DNA of 64,000 nucleotides from Longimicrobiales bacterium (GCA_965226375.1 CBDDCX010000008.1:1664001-1728000), one strand, 5' to 3'; positions 20,323 to 30,231 are shown, counted from the stretch's first letter. The notes: generated by a model from the letters alone, not told the origin. Translations and numbers: made by a program.

Positions 20323-21687
20323 ATGACGGACCCTTCCCCAGCTGGCGCCGCCCAACCCGAGCTTCGCAGGTCGTTGGGCACCTTCGATGGCGTCGCCCTG
20401 CTGATCGGCATCGTCATCGGCTCCGGGATCTACACTACGCCTTCCCTGGTCTCGGCCCACTTCGACTCGTTCACCGCCGTCATGGCGGTATGGCTCGCCG
20501 TGGGCGTCTTCGTGATGATCAGCGGACTCATCTACGCGGAGTTGGGCACGCGACTGCCCTCGACGGGAGGCGAGTACGTCTACATCACACGCTGCTTCGG
20601 GCCCTTCGCCGGATTCATGTTCGGCTGGGCCCAGCTCTTCATCATCCGGACGAGTCCCGCCGCGGGACTCGCCATCATCGCCTCCGACTACGTGGGGGTG
20701 CTCACTGAGCTCAGCCCACGGGCACACACGGCCGTGGCCTTGGGCATCATCGCCGCTCTGGGCGTCTTCAACTACGTGGGCATGAAGTGGGCGAGCCTCT
20801 TCCAGAAGGTCACGACCGTCATCAAGGTGGGCTTCCTCGCGCTCTTCGCGGCGGTGGGAGTGGCTCTCATGAGCGGGGTGCCGAACCTGCTGGGAACGCG
20901 TCTGACGCCCACCACCGGCCTCAGTCCCACCGGCAACGTCATCGCGGCCCTGATGCTGATCATCTTCACGCATACGGGATGGGACCGGGTGGGGTACGTC
21001 GCCGGGGAGATGAAAGACCCCCGCAAGGTCATCCCACGGACCATGCTCATCGGAATCGGTATCGTGCTCGGTCTATACTGGTCCCTCAACACCGTCTATC
21101 ATTTCACGCTCGGCATGGAGGGGATGCGGACCACCGTCACTCCCGCAGCGGACATGGCGGCCGTCATGGTGGGCACAGCAGGAGCGACCGTCGTGGCGGT
21201 GATGGCCATCATCTCCGCCTCCGGAAGCATCAACGGGACCATGATGTCGGCGACGCGTGTCTACTTCGCCATGGCCCGCGACGGCCTCTTCTTCCGATGG
21301 CTCGATTACATACATCCGACCTTCAAAACGCCGTCCCGGGCCATCATCGCCCACTGTATATGGGCGTCGGTGATCCTGGTGGTTCGCGGCTCCTTCGAGT
21401 CGATCGCAGCAGGCATGGTCTTCGCCGTCCTCATCTTCTACACCATGACGACTCTGGCCCTGTTCAAGCTGCGTCGAGAGGATATCGGGAGCGAAGGCGC
21501 GTTCAAGATGCCCCTCTACCCGCTACTCCCGGCCCTGTACCTGATCGGGGTCGTGGGGCTCCTGGTGCTACGGGCCGTATTCGAGTGGGAGAAATCATTG
21601 ATCGACTTCGCCTTCGTAGCCACCGGCCTACCGATTAGTTTTATCTGGCTCCGGAAAAAGAGAGGGAATCATCCTTCAGAAGTTTGA
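20323..21687 (+). CDS. APC-family amino acid permease
   Basis: IGSGIY, YAELG..LP..GGEY.Y, GE.KDP...P, FAMARDG. Confidence 0.9.
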   Translation: MTDPSPAGAAQPELRRSLGTFDGVALLIGIVIGSGIYTTPSLVSAHFDSFTAVMAVWLAVGVFVMISGLIYAELGTRLPSTGGEYVYITRCFGPFAGFMFGWAQLFIIRTSPAAGLAIIASDYVGVLTELSPRAHTAVALGIIAALGVFNYVGMKWASLFQKVTTVIKVGFLALFAAVGVALMSGVPNLLGTRLTPTTGLSPTGNVIAALMLIIFTHTGWDRVGYVAGEMKDPRKVIPRTMLIGIGIVLGLYWSLNTVYHFTLGMEGMRTTVTPAADMAAVMVGTAGATVVAVMAIISASGSINGTMMSATRVYFAMARDGLFFRWLDYIHPTFKTPSRAIIAHCIWASVILVVRGSFESIAAGMVFAVLIFYTMTTLALFKLRREDIGSEGAFKMPLYPLLPALYLIGVVGLLVLRAVFEWEKSLIDFAFVATGLPISFIWLRKKRGNHPSEV

Positions 21688-22597
21688 TGAGCGGAACCGG
21701 GATCTCATCGTCAACATCAACGGTGAGCTCGTCCATCGCGATCAGGCCGGTATCAGCCCGTTCGACAGCGTCGTGCAGGGCGGTGACGGCGTATGGGAAG
21801 GTCTGCGGCTCTATGAGGGACGCATCTTTCGGCTGACCGAGCATCTGGATCGCCTGCGGGACTCCGCCAAGGCGCTGGCGTTCACCGAGATCCCGTCGCA
21901 CGACGACATCATCCACGAGATCCGCCGTACGCTCGAAGCCAACGATATGGTCGACGGGGTCCATGTCCGCCTGACGCTGACCCGCGGCGTGAAGGTCACC
22001 TCAGGGATGGACCCGCGCCTGAATCAGTCGGGCCCCACCCTCATCGTGCTCCCCGAATTCAAGGCGCCGGTCTACGACCGCCGCGGGCTGTCGTTCATCA
22101 CCAGTTCCGTCCGTCGCTTTCCGCCCGACTGCCTCGATCCGAAGATCCATCACAACAACTTGATCCAGTCGATTCTCGCCAAGATCGAAGCCAACCACGC
22201 CGGCGCCGACCAGGCCTTGATGCTCGATAAGAACGGTTTCATCGCCGAGGCCCACGGGACCCACGTGTTCTTCGTGAGGCGCGACCGCCTGTTCACGAGC
22301 ACGACCGAGGCCTGCCCCGAAGGGATCACCCGCCAGACGATCCTCGATCTCTGCACAGCCAACGGGATCGCCCACGAGGTTCGGGAAGTTTCACTTACCG
22401 AAGCGTACGCTGCAGACGAGATGTTTTGTACAGGAACCATGGGAGAGTTGGTCGCGGTTACGACCTTGGACGGGCGTACCATCGGGAGCGGGGAGACGGG
22501 CCCCATGACCGAGCGCCTCTCGGAGCTGTACTCCGAGGAAACCGCAACGAGCGGGTATCAGATTCTCACCCCACGACCCGAGGCTCATGGAGTCTGA
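21671..22597 (+). CDS. Class IV PLP aminotransferase (BCAT/DAT-like). True start probably near 21671 (ATC), upstream of the called GTG at 21773
   Basis: LIVNINGELVHRDQAGISPFDSVVQGGDGVWEG, KIHHNNL, GITR, ADEMFCTGT. Confidence 0.85.
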   Translation: MLQKFDERNRDLIVNINGELVHRDQAGISPFDSVVQGGDGVWEGLRLYEGRIFRLTEHLDRLRDSAKALAFTEIPSHDDIIHEIRRTLEANDMVDGVHVRLTLTRGVKVTSGMDPRLNQSGPTLIVLPEFKAPVYDRRGLSFITSSVRRFPPDCLDPKIHHNNLIQSILAKIEANHAGADQALMLDKNGFIAEAHGTHVFFVRRDRLFTSTTEACPEGITRQTILDLCTANGIAHEVREVSLTEAYAADEMFCTGTMGELVAVTTLDGRTIGSGETGPMTERLSELYSEETATSGYQILTPRPEAHGV

Positions 22598-22623
22598 TCT
22601 GTTCTGCGCCAACGAGCCTGACG

Positions 22624-23085
22624 GTGGAAGCGCCTGAGGCTCCACGGAGAGTCTACCCGCCTGTCTTCTTCCTGGCGGCACTCTTGGCGATGGCCGGGCT
22701 GCACCATTTCCTGCCCGAGCGTCGGTGGTTGACTCCCCCGACCACGTACGTCGGCGGACTCGGTGGCCTGGGTGGGATCATCCTCGCCGTCGTCTCGTCG
22801 CGTCTTTTCGACCGGCGGGGAACGACGATCAAGCCGTTCGAGGAATCGACATCTCTTGTAACGGACGGTCCCTTACGCTGGTCTCGGAACCCGATGTACC
22901 TGGGAATGGTCATCGTCCTGTTGGGGTGTGCGGCGCTTTTGGGCACACTCTGGCCCGTCCTCGTCATTCCTCTTTTCTTCTGGCTGATCACGAGCCGCTT
23001 CATCGTCCATGAAGAACGCATGATGGAGCAGGTCTTCGGCGACGAGTACCGAGCGTACCGGCGGCGAACGCGCCGCTGGATCTGA
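22624..23085 (+). CDS. Isoprenylcysteine/phospholipid methyltransferase family membrane protein
   Basis: LVTDGP..WSRNPMYLG, EE......FG.EY..Y......RWI. Confidence 0.85.
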   Translation: MEAPEAPRRVYPPVFFLAALLAMAGLHHFLPERRWLTPPTTYVGGLGGLGGIILAVVSSRLFDRRGTTIKPFEESTSLVTDGPLRWSRNPMYLGMVIVLLGCAALLGTLWPVLVIPLFFWLITSRFIVHEERMMEQVFGDEYRAYRRRTRRWI

Positions 23086-23089
23086 GACC

Positions 23090-23797
23090 ATGATCCGCAC
23101 CGCTCTTTGGATGATCGGCCTTCAGCTGACTGGACTCGGCGTCCTGGCTGGACAGGACGCTGTATCCGCCACGCTGTCTTTTAAGGCAGCCGAGCTGCGA
23201 ATCCGCTTCATCGGCAACGAGGGCTTCGAGCTCTCGGACGGTGAGACCACGATCCTCACCGACCTCCCGTATCGGCCCGGTGCCTTCGGCTATATGAGGT
23301 ACGACCCCGAGGCGTTGGATCCCCGGGGTCAGGTGACCTCTTTGATCACCCATCGGCATGCCGATCACTTCGACGAGGCTCTGTTCCTAGAGCGGGACTG
23401 GAGCATCATTGGTCCTGTCGAGGTCACAGACCGGCTTCCTGCCGATCGGGTCATCCCGCTGAGCGAGGCGATCGAGGTCGGGGCGTTTACGATCCGTGCG
23501 CATCGCACGGCCCACAGCGACGTGGAACACTACTCCTATCTCGTCACCTGGCATGGCCTGAGGCTCTACTTCGTCGGGGACACGGAGAACCCGTCTCATC
23601 TTCTCTCGGTCCCGAAGCTGACGGTGGCCTTCCTCACACCCTGGCTGGGCTGCACCGCGGGAGCGTTCGCCCGCGGGATCGATGCCGAGAGAATGGTCCT
23701 GTATCACCACCACGACGGTGAAGGGACACGCGGCTGTTTCGAAGCGGAGGTGATGGAACAGGGCGAGTCTTTCACCCTCTCAGCTCCCTCCTCCTGA
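23090..23797 (+). CDS. Secreted MBL-fold metallo-hydrolase
   Basis: Signal peptide, GNEGF, ITHRHADHF, GDT. Confidence 0.8.
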   Translation: MIRTALWMIGLQLTGLGVLAGQDAVSATLSFKAAELRIRFIGNEGFELSDGETTILTDLPYRPGAFGYMRYDPEALDPRGQVTSLITHRHADHFDEALFLERDWSIIGPVEVTDRLPADRVIPLSEAIEVGAFTIRAHRTAHSDVEHYSYLVTWHGLRLYFVGDTENPSHLLSVPKLTVAFLTPWLGCTAGAFARGIDAERMVLYHHHDGEGTRGCFEAEVMEQGESFTLSAPSS

Positions 23798-23867
23798 CCG
23801 GGTATCGTCCGCCTTCCGGCTGACGAATTTTTCAGAGCGCCCGCGATTTTGCCGGAGCGGCACGCCG

Positions 23868-24413
23868 CTAATCACGATACCCTCTCTGTTGGTCATACAG
23901 ATCAATCTGGTGATCCGTCATCACTGCGGCAGTCCTGAGGTGCGCAACCAGGTGGATGGCTCGCAGCTCTCCATAGAGCACCCCCAGCGTGGTCGTGCCC
24001 ATGTGGACGACCGCGTCATCCGGCTCACCCGCCCGAAACAGCTCGGTCAACTCGCGCTCGGCCACGATGATCTCCTCCCCCTTTGCGACGGCCAACTCGG
24101 ACACGGCATCACGGATCTCCGTGAGCCGATCCGCCTGGCCCGTTGACAGCCCGAGCTCTGCCGCCATCTCCAGCGCGTGCTTGGGACCGGGGTAGTGATT
24201 CAGCTCGGCGGCCCGAGCCAAGCCCATCCCCTCGCCCGCCTCCAGCTCCCGAAGCTCATCGGAACTGAGCGAGGAGATCTCCATCCGTTCGTGGCCAGTA
24301 TAGGGCGATTGGTGCTCGTGCTGAGCGGCCGTCCGCTGTGGCGAGGCGAGAGTTGCGAACACCAGGAGGGCCAGATTCAGGGTGAGCGCAGATGAATTTC
24401 CCGATCGATGCAT
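23868..24413 (-). CDS. Periplasmic Spy/CpxP-like (heavy-metal resistance-type) protein
   Basis: Signal peptide then QHEHQSPY, GMGLARAAELNHYPGPKH, YDQQRGY. Confidence 0.7.
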   Translation of the reverse strand: MHRSGNSSALTLNLALLVFATLASPQRTAAQHEHQSPYTGHERMEISSLSSDELRELEAGEGMGLARAAELNHYPGPKHALEMAAELGLSTGQADRLTEIRDAVSELAVAKGEEIIVAERELTELFRAGEPDDAVVHMGTTTLGVLYGELRAIHLVAHLRTAAVMTDHQIDLYDQQRGYRD

Positions 24414-24475
24414 GGAGGACTCCTTGCGGCATTGGTGTCGTTCCCCGGAAGATGACGGATCTACGACTCTCCAGC

Positions 24476-24491
24476 TGTGACTTATGTCACA
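24476..24491. promoter_or_regulatory. CRP/FNR-type binding site
   Basis: TGTGA-CTTATG-TCACA, an exact TGTGA-N6-TCACA palindrome between the divergent Crp gene and the Spy/CpxP-like gene. Confidence 0.75.
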
Positions 24492-25169
24492 GGACCAGAT
24501 GATCGCCGAATCGACCCTGGCACAGATCGAAATCTTCCGTGGCCTGAAGCGGGAGGCCCTGACGGAGCTGTGTCGACGGGCCGTGGTTCGGAGCCACCCC
24601 AAAGGCGCCGTGCTGTGGCGGGCGGGTGAGCCATCTAGGGGGCTGTATGTGCTGCTCAGCGGTCGAGTGCGGGTCCTCCAGACCCGCTCGGGGCGCCAGC
24701 ACGTGGTGCACACCGAAGGCCCGGGCGCCACCCTCGGAGAGGTCCCCCTCCTGGACGGGGCCGGTTACCCGGCCACGTGCATCGCCGTCACCGAAGGCGA
24801 ATGCCTCGTGGTTCAGGAGGACGCCATGCGTGCCGCTGTGCGAGGGGATCCCGATTTCGCGTGGCGACTGCTCGAGCGCCTGGGCGCACGAGTGCGGCAA
24901 CTCGTCGCTCGCCTTCACCGAAACACACGGGGACGGTACGGTCGAGACTGGCCTCGTCCCTTCTTGCAGAGGCCACGGATTACGAGGGTCTGATCCGGAT
25001 GGAAGGCACGCAGGAGGCGTGGGCCGAGGACCTGGGAACTGTCCGAGAGGTCTTGGCCCGTGAACTGGCCAAGATGAAGCAGGAAGGGGTCATCAGTTCC
25101 GAGCCTGGAGGGACATACCGGGTATTGGACGAGGAGGCCTTGGAGCAACTACTGAAGGAGAGCGAGTGA
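24484..25169 (+). CDS. Crp/Fnr-family transcriptional regulator, with an apparent 1-nt frameshift near 24930
   Basis: cNMP domain (LLSGRVRV, GEVPLLDG.GYPA) in one frame, HTH (TQEAWAEDLGTVREVLAREL) in another. Confidence 0.8.
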
Positions 25170-25259
25170 AGGCTTCGTTGCCCCGGCCTCACCCATTCAG
25201 CAAGATGACACCGTACGAACGACGCACCGACTGGAGTCATAGACCCCACGGAGGACCCC

Positions 25260-26951
25260 ATGGCCCGGAGCACGCTCCCCCCCGCCCTGTTCCTGTCGAT
25301 TCTGGCGAGCGGAGCGGTCACCCCGAGCGCCGCCCAGACGGCTGACCTCGTCTTCATCAACGGCAACGTAATCACCGTCGATGAACGCAATCCTCGCGCG
25401 GAAGCTGTCGCGATCGAAGGCGCCCGTATCCTCGCTGTAGGGTCCAACGCGGAGATCGAGGCGCTTCGTGTCGCCGACACGCGGGTCATCGATCTGGAGG
25501 GCAAGACCGTGGTCCCGGGCCTCGTGGACGGACACCTGCACTTCGCCGGACTCGGAGCCGACCGAGGCAACGCCCTGGACCTCGCCGATGCCGCGAGTGA
25601 AGCCGACGCGGCAGAACTGGTGCGGCGCCTAGCCCAGCGGATGGAGCCAGGGCAGTGGATTACCGGGAGCGGATGGCACACAGGCAACTGGCCCGGAGAG
25701 GCCTGGCCGACCAAGGCGACGCTCGACGAGGTGGCCCCGAACAACCCGGTCTTCCTAGGCGGCATGCACTCCCATGCGTCCTGGGCCAACTCGTTGGCTC
25801 TCGAGGCCGCCGAGCTCGACGCTGGCACACCGGATCCGTCAGGCGGCAAGCTCATGCGGGACGAGGCCACCGGGCAGCTCACCGGAGTGCTCATCGAAGA
25901 CGCGCAGCGCATCCTCCGGAGTATCGTTCCGGCGGGCGCCCGCGAGTCGCTCAAGGACCGCATTCGAAAGAGCATTCAACTCTCTCTCTCCTACGGGTTC
26001 ACCGGCGCGCACGACATGGGGACCAATCTCCCCACCGTGCAGGCGTACAAGGAGCTCATCAACGAGGGGGATTTCCCCTTCCGGCTGAACGCGATTCCCA
26101 GGGTGTTGAACACCGGTGAGATCCTCGACCAGATCCTCGCCGAAGGACCCCTGGTGGGGTACGGCGACCACAGGCTCACGGTCCGCGGCGTGAAGGTCTC
26201 CATCGACGGGGCTCTGGGGGCGAGGGGTGCGGCCCTCATGCAGCCCTACTCCGATGAGCCCGGCAACATCGGCGTGATCCGCGTGCCCTACGATCAGCTC
26301 TACTACATCGTGGAGAAGTCCCTGGCGGCGGGCTTCAACGTGGCAATCCACGCCATCGGAGATCGAGGAAACAAGCTAGCTCTAGACGCCGTGGAGCAGG
26401 CCCTGAGCGTACATCCCGTGGCCAACCACCGCATCCGCATCGAACACGCTCAGATCGTCCAGCTCGACGATCTGCCGCGCCTCGCCGAGCTCGAAATCCT
26501 CGCCTCGATGCAGTGGATGCATGCCACACTCGACATGCCGTGGGCCGAGACCCGCGTGGGTCCCGAACGGATCCGCGGAGGCTACGCATGGCGGACCCTC
26601 CTGAACATGGGCACGCGCCTGGTGGGTGGCTCCGATGAAGGGGCCCGCCGCTTCAGCCCATTCATGGGAATCCACGCGGCCGTCACACGCCAGGACGCCA
26701 GCGGTCTGCCGGACACCGGTTGGTATCCGGACCAGAAGCTGACTCGCTTCGAGGCGCTCAAGAGCTACACGATCGACGCGGCCTACGCTTCATTTGAGGA
26801 GGATGTGCTGGGCTCCCTCACCCCCGGGAAGTACGCGGACCTGGTCGTCCTGTCGAAGGATATCATGACGGTTCCCCCCTCCGAGATTCTGGAGACGGAG
26901 GCGCTGATTACGATGGTCGGCGGCGAGATCGTGTTCTCGAGGGTTCCTTAG
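25260..26951 (+). CDS. YtcJ-like amidohydrolase, secreted (paralogue of 17897..19603)
   Basis: PGLVDGHLH, DGALGARGA, HAIGDRGN, RIEHAQ. Confidence 0.88.
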   Translation: MARSTLPPALFLSILASGAVTPSAAQTADLVFINGNVITVDERNPRAEAVAIEGARILAVGSNAEIEALRVADTRVIDLEGKTVVPGLVDGHLHFAGLGADRGNALDLADAASEADAAELVRRLAQRMEPGQWITGSGWHTGNWPGEAWPTKATLDEVAPNNPVFLGGMHSHASWANSLALEAAELDAGTPDPSGGKLMRDEATGQLTGVLIEDAQRILRSIVPAGARESLKDRIRKSIQLSLSYGFTGAHDMGTNLPTVQAYKELINEGDFPFRLNAIPRVLNTGEILDQILAEGPLVGYGDHRLTVRGVKVSIDGALGARGAALMQPYSDEPGNIGVIRVPYDQLYYIVEKSLAAGFNVAIHAIGDRGNKLALDAVEQALSVHPVANHRIRIEHAQIVQLDDLPRLAELEILASMQWMHATLDMPWAETRVGPERIRGGYAWRTLLNMGTRLVGGSDEGARRFSPFMGIHAAVTRQDASGLPDTGWYPDQKLTRFEALKSYTIDAAYASFEEDVLGSLTPGKYADLVVLSKDIMTVPPSEILETEALITMVGGEIVFSRVP

Positions 26952-26985
26952 GCGAACGCTGTGGTCGGCTGGTCCGGATCGGAGC

Positions 26986-27824
26986 TCAGGCCGGCCGCTC
27001 TCCCTTGATGGTGACGCGATATCCGGATCGGATCTGGGGCCAGTAGTCCCAGATCGCCAGGTGCTGCGTCCAGCGGTTGTCCCAGAATGCGATCGAGTTC
27101 GACTCCCAACGGAACCGGCACTGGAACTCACCGCGCTTTACGTGCCTGAAAAGGAAGTCGAGAATCGCGTCGCTCTCGGCAGTGGGCAGGCCGACGAGGC
27201 GTGTGGTGAAGATTTCGTTGACGAAGACGGCCTTTCTTCCAGTCAGGGGATGAGATCGCACCACCGGGTGCTCGGCGGAAGGGTACTCACGCCCACTATC
27301 GTCACGATCAAGCAGAGCGTTTACGCCCCGGTAGTATGGCCCGCCGTCGTGAATCGCGGTCAGACCCTGTAGAAGGGTCTTCATGGGTCCGGACAGAGCG
27401 TCATAGGCCGCATACATGCTGGCGAATAGTGTGTCTCCCCCCGAGTCGGGCACGGTGAACAGACGGAGGATCGAACCGAAGGGTGGCTCTTCCGTACAGG
27501 ATACGTCGGAGTGCCATCGCTCACCCGCCACCCGCTTGGACGACTCGTCTGCGTGGATGATCATGACCTCCGGATGTCCTCGAGTCCGGGGTCGTTGGGA
27601 TGTACGACTAGCTCACCGAACCACCTGCCCAGGGCCTTCTGCTGCTCCACCGAGATATCCTGGTCCCTGAAAAAGATCACCTGATGAGTCGTGAGTGCAT
27701 CCTGCACCTCGTGGACGGTGAGGTCGTCCAACGGCTTCGTGAGGTCGACTCCTGTTAGCTCAGCCCCGATGACCGGCGTCACCGGTCGAACCGAGATGCG
27801 CTCGTAGACGGTCTCCTGGCTCAT
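26986..27824 (-). CDS. TauD/TfdA Fe(II)/2-oxoglutarate dioxygenase, with an apparent 1-nt frameshift near 27580
   Basis: IGAELTGVDL, HQVIFFRDQ, then WHSD, GGDTLF, HPVVRSHP, WDNR in the second frame. Confidence 0.85.
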
Positions 27825-27948
27825 GAACCGGCCTCCTTAGCCGACCAACGTGGGACCCCTTCGTGGGTGAGGCGTTGAGTGATGCTGGGACTGGAGAGGG
27901 AGCGGGGCAAGGCATGCGTCGGTGGAACTCGTCGGGGTATGCACACAT

Positions 27949-28917
27949 ATGCGCTCCTCTCAAGCCGACCCACCCCTTTGGAAACTGACGCTCGCTTTCG
28001 CGTCTGTCTATTTCATCTGGGGCTCCACCTACCTCGCGATCCGATTCACCATCGAGACGCTCCCGCCGTTCTCGATGGCGGCAGTTCGATTCTTCGTGGC
28101 AGGCGCCATCCTCTACGCCTTCGCACGACGCCGGGCCGAGCGTCCCACCGGGCGCCACTGGCTCTCGGCCACCATCGTCGGCACGCTGTTGTTAGGAGGC
28201 GGAAACGGCGGGGTGGTTTGGGCCATCCAATGGGTGCCTTCCGGACTTACCGCCGTGATCATCGCGACCGTGTCCCTTTGGATGGTTCTCATCGATTGGC
28301 TTACCGGGGGTAGTGAGCGCCCATCGAACTCGCTGATAGCGGGACTCCTGTGTGGTCTCCTGGGAGTGGGCCTCCTGGTCGGCTCGGACCAGGTGGGTGC
28401 CCAGAGTCGGGAGGGACTGTTGGGCGCTCTGGCACTCCTGGGCGCCGCGCTCGCCTGGGCCTCGGGATCGATCTATGCCCGTCGAGCCCGGCTCCCGGCC
28501 TCACCGTGGCTGACCACAGCCATGCAGATGCTCTCGGGAGGAACGGTGCTGGCCATCATGGCGGTCTTGGCCGGCGAACCGGGACAGCTCGATGTGGCGA
28601 GGGTGTCTGTGAAGTCCGCGGCGTCTCTCGCGTACCTGATCCTCTTCGGCGCCGTAGTCGCCTACTCGGCGTACATCTGGCTTTTGGGTGTGACCACACC
28701 CGCTCGGGCCACGACCTACGCCTACGTGAATCCTGCCGTGGCTGTCCTCCTCGGATGGCTCTTGGCCGACGAGCAAATCGACGTAAGGACCGGCCTGGCC
28801 ATGGCCATGATCCTGTCGGCCGTGATCGTTGTAACGCTCAGGGGTGGCCGACGGAGACGCGACGTTCCACCGACCCGCGCCTCTCAACCCGTGGCAGCCT
28901 CCTCGCACCTCGAGTAG
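27949..28917 (+). CDS. EamA/DMT transporter (YedA-like)
   Basis: VYFIWGSTYLAIR, YAYVNPAVAVLLG, about 10 TM segments. Confidence 0.9.
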   Translation: MRSSQADPPLWKLTLAFASVYFIWGSTYLAIRFTIETLPPFSMAAVRFFVAGAILYAFARRRAERPTGRHWLSATIVGTLLLGGGNGGVVWAIQWVPSGLTAVIIATVSLWMVLIDWLTGGSERPSNSLIAGLLCGLLGVGLLVGSDQVGAQSREGLLGALALLGAALAWASGSIYARRARLPASPWLTTAMQMLSGGTVLAIMAVLAGEPGQLDVARVSVKSAASLAYLILFGAVVAYSAYIWLLGVTTPARATTYAYVNPAVAVLLGWLLADEQIDVRTGLAMAMILSAVIVVTLRGGRRRRDVPPTRASQPVAASSHLE

Positions 28918-29717
28918 GTACCGAAGACCCGCGTCTCTACAGCGACGTCCTCCAGCACCCGCAGGCACTCGGCCAGGTCCTCGGGCCCGTCGGCACGAAC
29001 CTCCATGTAGAACCGATATTGCCAGGGCGCACCCTTGATGGGTCGGGCGACGATCTGGGTCATGTCTACACCGTGGCCGGCGAAGACGCCCATCACATCG
29101 TGAAGACCCCCCGGCTCGTTTCGGATCACAGCCGCTACTGCGGCACAGTCTCCCATCCCGGCCGACTCTGATCCCGGCGCCGTCAACTCGAAGAAGCGGG
29201 TGTAGTTCCGGTCGTCGTCCTCCACTCCGTCTCTCAGCACCTCGGCACCGTATAGCTCTGCAGCGAACGACGATCCGATGGCGGCATCGTAGGCGGCGGT
29301 GCCCTGCATGAGGTCTCTGACGCTGCCGGCCGTGTCGTACACGACCACACTCTCCATGAGAGGATACGCATCGAAGAGCCCCTTACACTGCTTCAGAGCA
29401 ACCGGATGCGACGCCACCGTCCTCAAATCCTCGAGATGAGCGCCTGGCGCGGCCGAGAGGCATAGGCGGATCCGAACACGCGTTTCCCCCACGACCCGAA
29501 GGCCCGTGGACCACAACAGATCCAGAGACTCGACCACGGGCCCCGCCAAAGAGTTCTCAACCGGAATCACGGCCCGGTCCACATCGTGGCTCAGAACGGA
29601 TTCGAACGCCTGGTCGAACGTCCTGCATGGATGAAGGTCTATCTCGGGCCCGAGCAGCTGCTGGGCCGCCGCATGACTGAACGCGCCCGCCTCTCCCTGA
29701 ATCGCAACCCGGGTCAT
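28884..29717 (-). CDS. pheA: Prephenate dehydratase (PDT plus ACT domain)
   Basis: VAIQGEAGAFS, PVENS, SHPVALKQC, NYTRF, ACT with RP...WQYRFY. Confidence 0.9.
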   Translation of the reverse strand: MTRVAIQGEAGAFSHAAAQQLLGPEIDLHPCRTFDQAFESVLSHDVDRAVIPVENSLAGPVVESLDLLWSTGLRVVGETRVRIRLCLSAAPGAHLEDLRTVASHPVALKQCKGLFDAYPLMESVVVYDTAGSVRDLMQGTAAYDAAIGSSFAAELYGAEVLRDGVEDDDRNYTRFFELTAPGSESAGMGDCAAVAAVIRNEPGGLHDVMGVFAGHGVDMTQIVARPIKGAPWQYRFYMEVRADGPEDLAECLRVLEDVAVETRVFGTYSRCEEAATG

Positions 29718-30016
29718 CCGGGCTCTACTCCCGAATCCTCCGAGTGGGGCCACTGCGAAAGGGAGATGAGGCGCCAAAACACATCCCGCACAATTTCGGG
29801 GTCCAGGCCAAAGTCCCTTGCCACCTCGGCGGCCTGGCGCACCACCGTCCCCTCGCGGGCTGGATCCGCGACCGCCAGTTCGCCGCGGTGCTTCAGGACG
29901 CGGGCCTGCCGCGCCAGGTCCAGTCGGGTCGCCATGAGCCCCACGAGAGACCGATCGATCTCGTCGATCTCACCCCGTACGACCTGCAGATCTCTAACTG
30001 CTGCTATCGTAGTCAT
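29714..30016 (-). CDS. Chorismate mutase (AroQ type II)
   Basis: RGEIDEIDRSLVGLMATR...K......DPARE. Overlaps the pheA start. Confidence 0.88.
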   Translation of the reverse strand: MTTIAAVRDLQVVRGEIDEIDRSLVGLMATRLDLARQARVLKHRGELAVADPAREGTVVRQAAEVARDFGLDPEIVRDVFWRLISLSQWPHSEDSGVEPG

Positions 30017-30035
30017 TGCAGATTCCTTTGAATAC

Positions 30036-30067
30036 AAAAAGACGCCCTAGCGATTTGCCAGGACGTC
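30036..30067 (-). terminator. Intrinsic terminator in the chorismate mutase leader (attenuator)
   Basis: Minus strand GACGTCCTGGC-AAATC-GCTAGGGCGTC-TTTTT, 20 nt before the ATG. Confidence 0.7.
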
Positions 30068-30093
30068 GATCCACTCACGGTTTGGTCTGGGTG

Positions 30094-30183
30094 CTACACC
30101 GCATCCACCTCGGGCCGAACGCCTGGCAACGATTTACCTGGCGAGCCCATAAATCGACCGCTCGAGGAGAAGAGAATGTTCAT
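30094..30183 (-). CDS. Candidate leader peptide MNILFSSSGRFMGSPGKSLPGVRPEVDAV
   Basis: ATG lies 6 nt after a weak -10 and downstream of TTGACA (possible leaderless start), and precedes the terminator. Confidence 0.35.
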   Translation of the reverse strand: MNILFSSSGRFMGSPGKSLPGVRPEVDAV

Positions 30184-30231
30184 GGGCGGATAGTTGTCCG
30201 AAGCCCGAGGGGGTGTCAAGGACCACGAACG

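Noticed and set aside
28884..28917. Convergent 34-nt overlap of pheA and the EamA gene as a regulatory feature
   Set aside because: Short tail-to-tail overlaps are common, and both tails lack conserved-looking sequence
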